A stretch of DNA of 63,424 nt, filler included, from Choristocarpus tenellus KU-1152 (Eukaryota > Protista > Phaeophyceae), in the NCBI GenBank assembly GCA_964200185.2. It is 12 parts of 12 records of this genome, joined end to end, with 100 filler letters (N's around TTAATTAATTAA, not from the genome) between each part and the next. Parts side by side here need not be neighbours in the genome. Positions count along the whole stretch, not along the records: positions 7,413 to 12,346 come from CAXNAD020012477.1; positions 12,447 to 15,320 come from CAXNAD020024016.1; positions 15,421 to 29,484 come from CAXNAD020001287.1; 9 more parts are not named here. One strand, written 5' to 3'. The position numbers and the translations under genes are program-made. This document shows, one piece after another, positions 11,452-24,446 of this stretch (positions within the stretch are counted from its first letter, which is position 1; each line of letters starts with the position of its first letter). The notes below the pieces were generated by a model, which had not been told where the DNA came from, made no database searches, and saw nothing but the letters and a program-made list of their open reading frames with translations.

Positions 11452-11930
11452 TTCATCTTGCAAGGCTGCAAGGCAATGACTGTCTTAGAACCTCTCTCTG
11501 TACTGCACTCAATGGGGATCAATATCACCTTGAACTGTGGCATTGACACACACATCGAATGCTACGGACTATTCCGGAATGGTGTAAGGCAGTGTTCAAC
11601 AACAAAATTTGTCGCGACGTCATGCGAGTTGGCCGGCTCTCATTAAGGAGAGATACCTTTTGCTGTCTCTTTGTAGGATGTTGTACAAACTTTCTACCTC
11701 ACCACTTACTACTACTCTTGTGACATCATGCGTACTAGAAGGCATCCCCTCTTTCTTCCTACACTATATATCTCTCGTCCCATAATTGTTTCTACAATGT
11801 GTTTTATCAAGGGTCAATTCTGGAGGAGATTGTGGGTAGGGGCCCGGAAGGAGAACGCAAGTATGACAAGGTGGTCTATGTTGGGGATGGCAAGGGAGAT
11901 TTTTGCCCCGTCCTCCACTCACCTCATTAG
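9786..11930 (+). CDS. PHOSPHO1/PHOSPHO2-family HAD phosphatase (exons 9786-9856, 9982-10129, 10495-10617, 11145-11313, 11812-~11930)
   Basis: Spliced product has HAD motif I WDFDWSLINENSD, motif II IVSDANTVFI, motif III CPPNMCKG and motif IV YVGDGKGDFCP; all introns GT-AG and in phase; 3' end uncertain. Confidence 0.9.
11422..11449 (+). repeat. (TG)n microsatellite, intronic
   Basis: Read directly; a (CA)n tract also lies at about 7783-7802. Confidence 0.9.
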
Positions 11931-12581
11931 CTCCTCATCACAACATCATCAATCACCTTCAGTACACCACAGTACATAGGAAAGCATAAGAACAGTCGCT
12001 TCCTATCACACATACAGGCATACCATGTGTCATATCAGTTCCCTGAGACATTGAATCAAGTTTGTCTCCTTGTATCTTCTTTGTTTTCCCCTTTCTTCTT
12101 CTTCACACAAGAAGCTTTCAGTTGCATATCATGTGTTTATTATTTTCTTGACTGTCATTGCCCCCCCTAATAATTCATCCTGCTCACTCTGCAATACGTA
12201 TACCAGACACACACCGGGATGCAATATAAAAGAGTTGAAAACATCCTGTTTGATTTGACTCTTCCAACTCTATCGGACAGTTACGTGGACAGTTACAGAG
12301 TAACGGAACAATCAATTAGTGGTTGAGTTATCAGAACCTTTTACTANNNNNNNNNNNNNNNNNNNNNNNNNNNNNNNNNNNNNNNNNNNNTTAATTAATT
12401 AANNNNNNNNNNNNNNNNNNNNNNNNNNNNNNNNNNNNNNNNNNNNGGTGCCATACCACATTTCATATGGTATTTACAACCAGGGTTAGCCGTGGTCGAT
12501 GTGCGATTGAGCGAGTCACAACCATATTGTTGAGCTTCAGCCCATAAGGAGTCTGTCTTGGGGATGGTGACATGGGGAACA

Positions 12582-12841
12582 GAGTCAGAGTATCTTAGAG
12601 GGTAGAGGCGCGTCGGTTTGGGGGCCAAAATCCAATGTTGCGATTTTGATGTAATTTTGGCTATCGTGTTTGTTAGGAAGTGTCGATATCCTTATTCCGG
12701 ACGCACCTTTTCATAACGCATACATTTTACCCTCTCCAAAATTGTTTCGGAGTAGGCAAAATCTCATAAAACCCCGGTAGGAAGACAACCCCCAAATGAA
12801 CAAACAGGGCAAAACTCGTACCCTCTAAGATACTTTCACTC
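12582..12841. mobile_element. MITE family 1, complete copy, TSD ACA
   Basis: GAGTCAGAGTATCTTAGAGGGTA...TACCCTCTAAGATACTTTCACTC; inserted in Copia integrase. Confidence 0.9.
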
Positions 12842-12950
12842 ACAAGTAGTGGAGCTTGAAGGCGGGCAGCTAATGAAGCTTCATCAATATTACCCAGCAT
12901 ATGTTCAGCAACCCCATTAAATTGAGGAGTGTCTGCAGGTGTGAACTCCT

Positions 12951-13209
12951 GAGCCAAAGTACCTTAGAGGGTAGGGCCGCGTCCATTTGGTGGCCAGAAT
13001 CCAATGTCGGGATTTTGATGAAATTTTGGGCATCATGTTTGTTAGGAAGTGTCAGTATCCTTGTTGTGGACACACATTTTCATAGCTTGTACATATTACC
13101 AACTCCAAAATATTTTGGAGTAGGAAAATACCATAACTAAACCCATGAGAAGCCAAGTCCCAAATAGACAAACAGGGCAAAACTCGTACCCTCTAAGATA
13201 CTTTCACTC
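12951..13209. mobile_element. MITE family 1, complete copy, TSD TCCT/TCTT
   Basis: Same TIRs; splits integrase GIKQE|FTPADTPQ. Confidence 0.9.
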
Positions 13210-15124
13210 TCTTGTTTTATCCCACAATCACGACAAAGAGCGCCGAAAGCAACCTCATAAAATTCCCCCCCGTTATCAGACCGCACACAAATGACCGGAG
13301 AGGGAGTACCATCAGCCCGGATATCGGCCAGGTACTTCTTGAAGGCTTCGGCGGCATCCGACTTAGCACGAAGGAAATACAACTAAACAAACGAGAATAG
13401 TCGTCCCGGATTATCATGGTGTATTGTTTACCACCGATTGAAAGGGTAGCCCTCTTACCACTTAGATCGAAAAAAACCCGATCCAGCTTTCTTACCGCCC
13501 TTGAAGACGTGCTGGACCGGACGCCCTTCCGCATGCCCTTGCTCATAGAGCAGCCCACACATGGCTCCAGCTCACCCACCAATGTAGTGCCCATAGAAGT
13601 GGCGGTGGACTTGAGCAATGCCTCGTGTGCATGGCCATAAGAGCGATCAAAGAGGTTTATGTCGACGTTGGTGTGGGGAGCGTGAGGTGCAAGCGAGGGG
13701 GCTATAGTGGCCTTTAACGCAGGTTCAGCATTTCTACCTGGTCGTGGCAATATGTGTAGACCATGGAAGGTGTAATGGCAACCAGGATCTCTTGTCAAGA
13801 TATGCGTTCCATTTTACAACGAGAATGCACTGACTGTGAAAATGCCTTTCGCACCCTTATCAGCTGCTGCTTGGCAAGAGAAAAGATTGAATCCAAGATC
13901 TGGGACATGGGCGACATTTTGAAGGAGTATTTCTATCTCCTTGTTATCAGGTGATGGAAACAACATGGTTAGATCACCATGACCAGCGATGCAAAAGGAA
14001 TTTTGGCTGGCAGTGACTACCCTTTTGTCTCCAACACAAGGCTTGTAATTTGTCATGCATGTTATCATATTTGTCATGTGACATGAAGCTGAACTGTCCA
14101 AAACCCATTCTTCTTTCTCGCGGCCAACCCCAACACTTGACAACAAACATTCGTTTTCCCCACACTTGCCTGGAGCATTACTGCTCGGAGAGTCCTTAGT
14201 GGCGGCCAGTAGTGTGTATCGCTCGTTGTCGCCGTAACTGGTGATACTTTCCACAGTAATGTGTAAAGGATTTGCCTCGGTCTCGATCTCTTCTTTCCCA
14301 GACTGCACTGTAGTCATGAACACCAAAGTACATGTTGTAGCATCATGTGCACGTCCACCACACTTGGTGCAAATGCGGTTTGGGCAAGCTGTCTTCTCAT
14401 GTCCATTCTTACCACACCTATATCAAGGAATCTTCTCGGAACATTTAGGGTTGGAATTAGAACCATTTTCCTTTCTTCCATATCATTAAATATACGTTCG
14501 AACCCGCGACCTTGGCCGTTGCGATGAGACTGACTCTTCCCTTGTGATGAGCTGTTAACAACCAAAGCTTGGCTGTTCTTGTGTCTTGATTCCTTCCCCT
14601 GATGAAGGGAAGCATATCGCTCTCTAGCAGTTTTCTCTACGTCTGCTCGACATAGTGTCCACTGCGAGGCCATCATGCATATCTCGGTATCGTAATCTGA
14701 TCCGAGAGCACTCAGGAACTGTAGGAGCAGCAGGTTGTCCGAGATGACAAGGTCCATTGATAGCATCCTCCCCCGTAGCTCTTCCAAGTGGTTTAAGGTC
14801 AGGATCGGATTCGCCCCCTTCTCTACCTTTGAAGTGAAAACCTCACGGAACAAATGTTGGCTATTACCCACTGTATTAGGCATGAACCAATCATCTATTG
14901 CTCAGAAAAGCTTGCTCGGGCTTTGGTGCGTATAGCACGGTGCCCTGGTGGTGGGTGTGACGAGAGCAATATTAAGTACATGGTAGACCTCTTTGGCCAT
15001 CCAGATATCATTCGCACTGAAGCCATCCACGAGAAGTTCCTTGTAGGAGCATTCTTGATTGATTGATCTTTCACTTGTAAATGCACCCAAGCAATGTGTG
15101 TATATCTGCAATGCACGATGAAAC

Positions 15125-15320
15125 AAGCCAAAGTATCTTAGAGGGTAGAGTCGCGTCCATTTGGGGGCCATAATCCAGTTTTCCATTTCGATGTAATTTT
15201 GGCTATCATGTTTGTTAGGAAGTGTCAACATCCTTGTTCCGGACACACCTTTCATAACATAAACATTTTACCCACTCCGAAATATTTGGGAGTAGGAACA
15301 TGTCATAAAAAACACCATGG
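15125..15320. mobile_element. MITE family 1, cut by contig end
   Basis: AAGCCAAAGTATCTTAGAGGGTAG end plus family body. Confidence 0.85.
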
Positions 15321-17029
15321 NNNNNNNNNNNNNNNNNNNNNNNNNNNNNNNNNNNNNNNNNNNNTTAATTAATTAANNNNNNNNNNNNNNNNNNNNNNNN
15401 NNNNNNNNNNNNNNNNNNNNTGATGATCTTCTATCCCCAGCTTTTCTGAAAGCTGAGATTGTCAACCCGAGTTCATTCTGTGGAGTTACCATCCGATTCA
15501 GTGCCGTTCTCGCTTCGCAAGCCCAGATGTTTCGCAGCACTAACGTTAATGGCACAGAGGTTTACTTGGAGAATTTAGAAATCTAAAATCACAACACAGT
15601 ATTCTTTTGTATTTCTTATGACACAGCATGGGGTGAGATAGCTGTCGAAGGATGATGGGAACCGATGGATGATGAGGTGGAAGTTGGATTGAGATGGGAG
15701 TCGATGAGTCCAAGATCAGATTGTATCTAGATCAACCTTCACTCAGAAAGGATATATATATCATCAGCCCCCGTTTCTTCTTCTCTTCCGTGGCTATACC
15801 AGATGGACGGAGGCATGGTCTACTCACCTCTTCAACGAGTTGAAGTGATGACAGATCATCTTTTACTTCCCACACAAGAGTGAAGGAGGTTACGAGTGAT
15901 TGAAGGGGTTTAAGACATATTTTCCGTTGTTCTTGCGCTTTCAAAATGAAACCAGAGGAAGGGAGAATACAAATATGTTATATTTTTGGGGAGTCAGATG
16001 AAGACTATGAAAAAGGTTTGGACCCTTCTTCATTCGAAGTTATGTAATTTATCTTGTTCAAAAGGGAAGTTTAGGAGTAGTCTGAGTTTTGTTAGTAGTA
16101 TGAGAATTCTCACCGAGAAAAATCAATTTAAAGTCAAGGTTAGAATTTCATACATCCAATATGGATGAATATTAATTGTGTGATTCTGTGACGGCGTGGT
16201 TCACTCAGGGAAGGGTGGCGAAGAGAATCACTGAGGAAGACGGACCAACCAAGACGATTTGTAACTGAGAGGGCAAGGTTAAGGTTGGACAAGTGGAAGA
16301 CTGCCTGGACTTGCAGGAAATTGCAGAGCAAATGAGAATATTATGAGAAGTGAATCATCGCACATCACAATATTCAAGACTTGACAACATAGAGAATCAT
16401 TGATGTGAGACATCTCAGGTTGAAGAGATGTCCACTACTTGTGGGGATTGATCTTTTGAAAGATTCTACACCTCAAATATATATATTTTTCTATGCCCTC
16501 TGACATTTTACAGATGTGTCAGGGAAAAACCAATGAAAATCCAATTAAGTGTTAGAACCCCCCGATGTTAAAGAAATTGGTATTCCGAAGACTTGTGTAC
16601 GTAAATGACTCGATTAATTCCTTATTATGCAGAACAGGTTGTACATGAAGTAAGGAAGGTGTAAGGAAGGAGAGTGAACTTCAAAGCTCAAATGGGGCTG
16701 TCACGTTACCATTAATATTCTAATAACACATCATTCATTCTCTGTTACTTGCTATGTTACTCGCTACAACATTCCTTTTCTAGGATTCTTCTTGTACTAT
16801 AATAACCCAGACAATATTTTCGTAGTCACCTGACAAAAACATTACCATCAATTATCCCGCTATCCAACAATAGTTCAACAACTCAATGTTTCGCCTATAG
16901 AATAATCTTTTACACATGAATAAAAAAGCATATTATTAACACCCAAAAAAGTAAAAGTTGTCATACACATGAAAGATATCTCTTCAAAATCTATATACTA
17001 TTTGACTACCACCTATGCTACGCCACTCC

Positions 17030-18010
17030 CCTCCTGTGCCTCCAACCTAGCTTAGCCATACACCCCAGAGTGAGGAGGTAGGTAAGCATCCCAAGAGTCT
17101 AACAAGCTCCTCCTTGCCCATCTCCCTGGTGTCCCCAGCTTAATATGCGTGGCACGTCTTGATAGAGTCACTTGTGTTGTGACAGACACTGTCATAAACA
17201 GGATTTAACAGTCCCTTTTCTGCTGTAATCTCCCACCCCTCTCCCCCAAACTGTGTTCGTAGCCAACTCATCCAGAAAACTTTCCACTAGCTTAAAAAAC
17301 CTTCCACCGTGAAGATGTTGAGGTTAAAACCGTGAAGGTCAAAATAATCTTTGTAGTGGGTGCACTTTCATGCCTCACCTGCGGCAGCAGCTACACCATT
17401 GCTGGTGGATGAGTGTGGCAGATGGGATACTGCTTGCACTTCTGCAAACGTAACATCTAGGAGGAGGCCTTTGTCCTGGTAGGGAGCTGATCCGTCATCC
17501 AAAAGTGCCCCAGCATTGAAGACCACATCCATTCTTGTCCATTGTGAATGCACTACCGTCCTTCATAGTGTAAGAGTTGAACTAGACGCTTCACCATGGT
17601 TATGTGTTGGTGGACCTGTCTTCCTGCTCTAGGGCACGTATGAGCATGTCTGGTGTCCACATTAGGTCTCCTGCCCCCAGCATTTGAGTACCTGTTGGAT
17701 GGGGTCTCCTCCCTCCCTAGGGATCTGCTGGCAGTGAGTCTAAACTCAATGGGTGGGATCTTGTATTCTGGTTCCAGGGGTTGTGTCGACGCCCATGCAT
17801 TTGCTCTTGTCCACACTGGCTCTGATGGCGGGCTAGGACTAGTGAAACATTTAAAAACGGGCTTACAATGCAAATCAGGCAAAACCTAGGAATCAATCTC
17901 CGTATTACATTGAGTCTCAGGCCACTCTTATTGACGAGGAATCCTGCGAAATATTCATTTCTTGGAAGCAATGTATACCAAGCTTGCTTTCCGGTCTCTC
18001 ATATTATATA
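17030..18010 (-). mobile_element. Decayed CRE-like (RLE-type) non-LTR retrotransposon, C-terminal zinc knuckle/endonuclease region
   Basis: PPIEFRLTASRSLG...HAHTCPRAG...H, RMDVVF, LLLDVTFAEVQA, GVAAAAGEA*KCTHYK, FLDELAT; stops present; homologs at 5420-5667 and 29585-29650. Confidence 0.7.
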
Positions 18011-18849
18011 GAGAAATCTTGGCTGAATTTTCATCATCACGACAAAGAATTCGAGTACTTAATATTTGAAGGGGTTGTAGTCGATGCGGTCATTACAGAT
18101 TCCCATGGAGGAGGGACAGTATGGAAAAGGTGAGCCAAAACGCCACAGATCCTACCCGTGGGTCCATTGCAGGGCCAATACCTGGGTGAAGATGTTGTAA
18201 TGGGAGGTGTTAAAACATTGGGTACTCATCTTTTGTGTCATTGATACCATAGAGTATTCCCAGTTCATACTGACTGTCGATTTGCACACCAGTACTTGTC
18301 ATTACTCACATTGACATCATTGGTACCTCATCATAGGATCATCAATTACCATTACAACGCCATGGTGCATAGGAAGTATGGAACAGTCGAAATCTGTCAA
18401 AATACAAGCAGAGTATCTGCTATATGAGTTTTCTCTCAGATATTGATACAACTTTGTTCTATTGCTCTTTGATCTTCACATCAGAATCACCAATTGTGTC
18501 TCATATGTTGATCTTTCTTTCTTCTCTGGTTGACTTTGTCCCCACTTAGACCTCGAGCTCACTCTACACCAAGTGTACCTGAAACACGACTGGATGCAAT
18601 ATATTCAGAGCTCAAACATCTACAAAACCCTTCTTCACAAGGTGACAACCTTCTACTCAGAGCATGCATTTCTTCCTTTGAGCATCTCAAGGAATACCAG
18701 ATAACCTCTGACTGTGCACAGCATGTCACTAGGTTCATCAATCAGAATTCATCAGTACTTTATTGCACTACGCTACCCCTTTACTAAAGCCAGTCCGCCA
18801 CTGTACAAGAGCACGATTCGACCCCAGGTTTTGAAAGGAATGGGAGGTC

Positions 18850-20580
18850 CACGTGATGGACCCGAGTACACAGGAGGCCAAGAAGATCAGGCCATTTCAA
18901 TTGCTGTTCCCGTTCTAGACGAAACTGGTTGGAGAATGCAAGCCAAAGCGTTGGTTTGCTTGGGAAGAATGCAGAGATGCAATAGGATGCCAGGTGATAC
19001 CCGTGAAGCTACTGGTGAGTTATTTGTCCCAGGTCTGCGACAGAGTGGGTGGCGGTGCTCAAACCAATCTCGGACTTATGAGCCAAAGTATCTTAGAGGG
19101 TAGAGTCGCGTCCATTTGGGATTCAACATCCAATGTTGGGATTTTGGTGTAGCTCTGGCTATCATGTTTGTTAGGAAGTGTCAATATCCTCGTTCCGGAC
19201 AAACCGTTTCAGAACGTATACATTTTACCTACTCCAAACCTTTTTCAAGTAGAAAAATGTCATAAAAGAGACCATGGGAAGCCAAGCCCGAAATGGACAA
19301 ACAGGGGAAAAATCGTACCCTCTAAGATACTTTCACTCTTATGGGAGGAGGAAGATCCTCCTCCAATAAGGTTTGCAAGGAGTCTAGGTGCGTTAGTCTT
19401 CTCTTCCATCTTTCGAAGGTGGCGGACTTTCTCCACCTTTTTTTGGTTACCTTGATACTCCACAATTGCTATTTAGGCGGAACAAATCAGATGATACTCG
19501 CACAAAAAAAAAAGTGTTTCAATTTCGTCAGGGTTGCCGCCATTCCTCGACCCAGATTTTCTATATGCCCACCTAGGTTCGGGTGGACCTGGAGATCCTT
19601 GGTAGAGGGAGCTATATTGACGATGTGCAGATATCCTCTGGTATTGCAGAGAACACAGGTCAAGAGTTCTTCCACTTTCTGCCAGAGCTTTGGGAAGGAA
19701 ATGTGTAATACCTGGATCTTCGCCCTCGTTGATGATGACCTGAAGACATGTACAGACACCTTCACCAAGTTGGGGTTTCTGGGTGCCGTGTGGACCGCTG
19801 ATGTGACCCATATTCGCAATGCACCTATTGCGCATGCCACATATTACAGAGGTGAGGAGGGTTGTCGGAGTGTTGCATACCAGGTCACTGTGGACCACAG
19901 TAGGCGTGCTATAGTGGTCACAGAAAGGTTTGCAGGAGCCAAGAATGACAAGACCATCATTCGCTTTGATTAATTTTGTGACAAAGTGAAGCGTGATGAG
20001 AGGTATATCGAAATGGAGTTCACTGAGAAAGGTGCCTACCTCATTGTTGACAGTGGGTATCACAAGGTGAGTAGTAGCAAGTACCGGTGTCTGTATGAAA
20101 TCCATCTTGCTTTGTCATACATTGGATTACGACTGGGACACCGCCTCTCCTTCTCACCAATAGCGGGTCCCTTGCCTTTGTCCATTACGTTTGTCCACCC
20201 TCATTCCAACCCAACTCAGCACATGTGTTGTAGTGATGTTAAGGTGGTACTGTATAGTATTGAAATTGCTGTATAGTGCCTTGTCTGCTATTGTGTATAC
20301 AGTGGAGAAGTTTGATGTGTCCCTTCAAGGCAAGCTCAACCCGACCTCAACTGAATTGGTGTAACCAGAAAGTGTGCACAAGGATGAGGAGTGCTATTTC
20401 GGGAGAATGAAGGGTCGGTTCAGGACCCTTAAACTGCCAATGCTATACTGGTCATCCAGTGACAACCTGACAGAGAAAATCGTTCACGTCTTCACATACT
20501 GTATACTCCAGAACATGCTTGATGCCAGTATGGTCTTGGTAATCAGGAGTGTGGTGTGGACTGGATGGGTCGTGATGGTA
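18850..20580 (+). mobile_element. Decayed PIF/Harbinger-type DDE transposase with introns
   Basis: DPSTQEAKK...KLVGECK.KRWF...DAIGCQVIPVKLL; LGFLGAVWTADVTHI, VAYQVTVDH, GAKNDKTIIRFD, YLIVDSGYHK|WRSLMCP, KDEECYFGRMKGRFRTLKLP, CILQNML; premature stops. Confidence 0.85.
19080..19338. mobile_element. MITE family 1, complete copy, perfect TSD TTAT
   Basis: TTAT|GAGCCAAAGTATCTTAGAGGGTA...TAAGATACTTTCACTC|TTAT. Confidence 0.92.
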
Positions 20581-20949
20581 TAAACCGTGCATACTACTAT
20601 GACCCGGCGGTAGAGATCACATTGGTGTAAGCAAATCATGAAGGAGGCTGGTTGGCTCGGGGTCTGAGCAAATCTCGGAGGTGAAGGGTGGATTTGAAGA
20701 ATTGAGGAATACGTTATGCACAGTAATTATAGTTTTTCGGGAAGGGGGGTGCCATCTCTGTGATTATGGTTACGGAAATGATTTCATCTGTTCTATAATT
20801 TTGTGCTTAGGCCGCACTGAAGACGCGAATAGGGTCAGGGTTTATGATGATTATCAAGTACACCAGGAAGGGGTGCTAGTGGAGAAGGTGGTAGAGGGCA
20901 TATGTCACTAAGTATGGCATTCGCCTCCCTTACCAGCATACCACACAAG

Positions 20950-21830
20950 ATACCAGGATGAAGATGGTGATAGGTAGGTGATATCCAAGAACCCTCTAAA
21001 GTTAGAGAAGTCTATGAAATTCCACATCAGAGTGATGGTGTGGGGAGGGGCCGAAAAGGGGGAATTCGGATACTGTTTGTCAAGCCAGCCCACCTCCAAG
21101 CGCTTGATACTATGGTTTCTAACCAATGTCATATACAGGTATCTGTACATGAAGTAGGTAGGTTAGCAGATATAGAGAGAGTCATGAACAAGAGAGACTT
21201 AGGGGGTGTTGTGCGTCAGATCCGTGGAACATCGGTAGAAGATGAGGGACTTGCCAAGGTTTGAGTATTCAAATGAGTAAGTCTGTAGCTAGGGACTTCA
21301 AGGTACAAGGCTTGTGGAAGGCATACCATGGAGTGGTATAACCCAATAGCGAGGACTCAGGATACTCAGACTGTGCGACACCTCCTTAACTCACGGATAC
21401 TATAATGGAGGCTACCTAGTATAGGGGGAGTTTTTGAGAGATATGTTAGTGGTTAAGGGGGAACTGGTTCATGGGTCCTTTGATGTGTGCCCTGGGCCTT
21501 TTCTTTGGACCGATGGAGTACCTAGTGGAATTAGACCGGAAATGGGGGTTGACTGGTCAGACTAGCAGGAGAATAGGGTCAGAGTGGAAAGGCCTGCAGC
21601 AGGGGGGCCAAGGGATTTGTCAGTGTGGGGGAAGCATATAGGTAAGGTCGATGTTGGAGTATAGGGGTCCTTAGGATAAAGAAGAAAAGGGTTTGGGACT
21701 TGATGACAGGACACAGACCAAGAGGGAGGAATGCGTTGACTGATGGAATCTCTAGGTGATGTAAGGATACTAATTAAACAAAACAACTCTGGTCCATTGG
21801 TTAAACGACAAGAAAGATCCTTGGGAAAGG
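20950..21830 (-). mobile_element. Possible heavily decayed LINE reverse-transcriptase remnant
   Basis: Only weak motif echoes (LLYPKDPYTPTSTLPIC resembling PK.....YRPI); many stops. Confidence 0.3.
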
Positions 21831-23639
21831 AAGGGATGGCTAATCCTCAAGTGAGACAGTTTAGCATGCAATTTATTGCCAGAGCTTCAAGAGCGGTATC
21901 CTTTAGTTACTGGAGTGAATGAGGGTCATATTTGCTGAAGATGGTTAGCATTACTTGTACAGCTCAAACTACAAATCAAAAAGGTGAAACGTCATCAGCA
22001 AATTAGGTACAATAACGGTCACCTTCTTCTATTGTGCAATACAAAATGTCTCCTTTCTGATTAGTCTACATAGTAGGGAGTATCTCAGTATTGAGCGAAT
22101 ATGGTCAAAATTTGATGACAACATATGCCCCATGATCAGCTACCCCTAATATTGCACAACTGCAGTGATGTACGGTGATACTAAGAGTGGGCAGATTGAC
22201 ACGGTGACAGCTGCATACACAGGCCAAAGCATACCACAAAAACAAAGAAAGAGAACACTAGTACACACCATACGCTGTTATTGGAAAGGGGCCTACCTAC
22301 ACTGCCAATCTTATCGTAGCAAATTTCTTTGAAGATAGTCGGTCAACAGATTCAACAATTGCTAGCGTGCCCCCCCGACTCCACTATGTCTTGCCATGTG
22401 CAACCAGACATAAGTCTAGCTATACCCCCCTGGATAGGCCTCGGAGAACTGAATGTCCTAGGCCAACCCCTACAAAGGTGGCAGTAGCATACCCAAGGAT
22501 ACCCGTGAGAAGAGCAGGAAGCACCTGTTACCCCAAGAACAACAGGAAACATATGGGAGAACCTTACTGAGCATAAACAGAATGTGTGTGAGAAGGATTG
22601 GAAACAGGGTAGTGATAGCTGGTAAAATCAAAGCAAGCGTTTGTGCCTTTTATAGCTCCAAAGGTGGAATTTGTATGAATTGTGAGAGTGTGAGCAGGGA
22701 ATGGGGAGTTTTGCAGTGGAAAAGTCTGGCAATAATATCAACATTATAATGGGATGCTCCAAATGCTGTGCTGCAGATTCCAATCGTTTCTCACAACTCT
22801 TGCTAATAACACTTCCGAGTGTAATTACTACAGTACAACAATAACTCATGGGCCAATCTATTTGAAATTTGAAAAAAACAGATCCATCTTGATTATGATA
22901 AAATTGAGATTAATAAACATAACATGGCACCAAAAATCGTAAAAGCGGACTGGAGGTTCAAAAATTGCGACAAGGACCACTTCTTGGGGGGTGGGAGAGG
23001 GTGTGGTTTTTGATTCTTGCGTGTGCTTTCTAGATGCATGACCGTAAGGACCCCAAAAAGAGCCAGAGTCCCTGACTGTTAGTCGGCCACTGTCATTGTT
23101 GTGGTCTACATTTTGCACATGTGAGCTTTGCGATCTCTTCAAAATATGCAAGCAAGAACTATTGCAACGAAAAAAAAAGTCCAACCTTTTGAAAAAAATT
23201 GCGGAAGTACGAGGAAAAGGGGGGCATGACAATGACAGTTATAGTACGCAGCACTTCACGTGTAGCAAGAGCTACCAGTATGTTCATAGTCATAATGTTG
23301 GGGAGGTAGGGAATGTCGTGGGAGAGGTGGTTGGCATGCAGACCATACCACCACCAGCAGTGGAAATGTTGGTGTTCGAACCACTCCCTTTGATTATTGA
23401 TTGGCATGACCCAGGATAGAACACAGAACCAAAAATAGGCACCCTGAGTTGCTTCGGTTCTTGATAGAAACCACAATATATATAGGAGTACAAGGACATT
23501 ACAGAAATATAGGTGTTGGAACAGTCGAACAGTCAATACTGCTACCACAAGGTACAACGATAGTAACCCTTGCCTTGAGGTACTACTCAGAGAGGAAACA
23601 ACCACCGATAAAACCATTGTTGTTGGACACATTGACCAA

Positions 23640-24015
23640 ATGACAATGTTGCTTTAGACAAACTTGTCCTATGTATGATAAGGAGTGGGAATTGCACATC
23701 AATGCAGTTGGTGGGGTCGAATGTATCAGTCCCTTTTTGAGATGTCTGAGAGCTTAGTGACAAATTCCAGTGGAAGAATCTGATGCTGATAAAACAACAT
23801 TCATCATGTCACGCCACCTACACCTTCAACAGTACACCATTTGGTATTGCTATGCCCTGTGGAAACTATTCCAAGTTGTAACGGCATTTGCCATTTATTA
23901 GACATGGATTGTTCAGCGACATACCACTACATGTGGATGGTTTTATTGCTTTCCCATACCTTTGTGGAAAAGATTTGAATAACTAGGGCAGCACTTCAAC
24001 CCTTCGCAAGCCACG
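23640..24015 (+). mobile_element. Decayed Ty3/Gypsy reverse-transcriptase fragment
   Basis: A**QIPVEESDADKTTF...YTFNSTPFGI resembles the Gypsy RT pattern Y.QIP....D..KTAF...Y.F..MPFG. Confidence 0.55.
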
Positions 24016-24446
24016 TATGATAGGTTATGATATATTTCTCCTTAGGCTATCTCGAGAACAAATTCACAAAATAATAATTGCTTCCAAGTATATAGATGCA
24101 CAATGTTGGTTGACTCTTAATGGTACTGCAGTTAGAAAAATAATGCTCAGAAGCAAGCTATTTGTAAGAGACAGCTACAAAGTTGGACATGTGGATGAAG
24201 GGAACTTCAAGTGGGTTGATGCATCAAAATCGAAGAATACAAAAAGTATGGCAAGATCGCATATCTATTGTTGGATATTGTTGATTCTCCTAGATCTTAT
24301 CACCCAATTTGAATTCACTCTGAAGGGCACTAATGCAGCCAGCCAGGTGCTAAGAGAGCACAAAGGGCTTCACAAGGAAGGACCAAGTGGCAGGCAGCAA
24401 ACTGTAGAGCACAAACCTAAGTAGAAATTTTGTCAATAATCATTAC

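Larger units (their letters stand above)
12447..15124 (-). mobile_element. Decayed Ty1/Copia LTR retrotransposon (gag, two CCHC knuckles, protease, GAG-pre-integrase, integrase)
   Basis: Gag QFLSALGSDY; knuckles (*)YRCGKNGHEKTAC and CTKCGGRAHDATTC; protease WVLDSSASCHMT; YGH...CVGCSMSK; integrase IIRDDYSR, VRSDNGGEF, TPQFNGVAE, LWAEA; Copia order PR-IN; frameshifts, stops and MITE insertions. Confidence 0.93.

Noticed and set aside
11002-11646. 214-aa ORF as an independent gene
   Set aside because: Off-frame shadow of phosphatase exon 11145-11313 plus intron with a (TG)n tract
12582-13209. MITE family 1 acting as an Introner (ends form T|GTGAGT and CTC-AG| with the TSDs)
   Set aside because: The strong donor and the acceptor occur in different copies; splicing the 12951 copy from its terminal GT to the TSD AG leaves 4 extra nt; no copy interrupts a recognised host exon here
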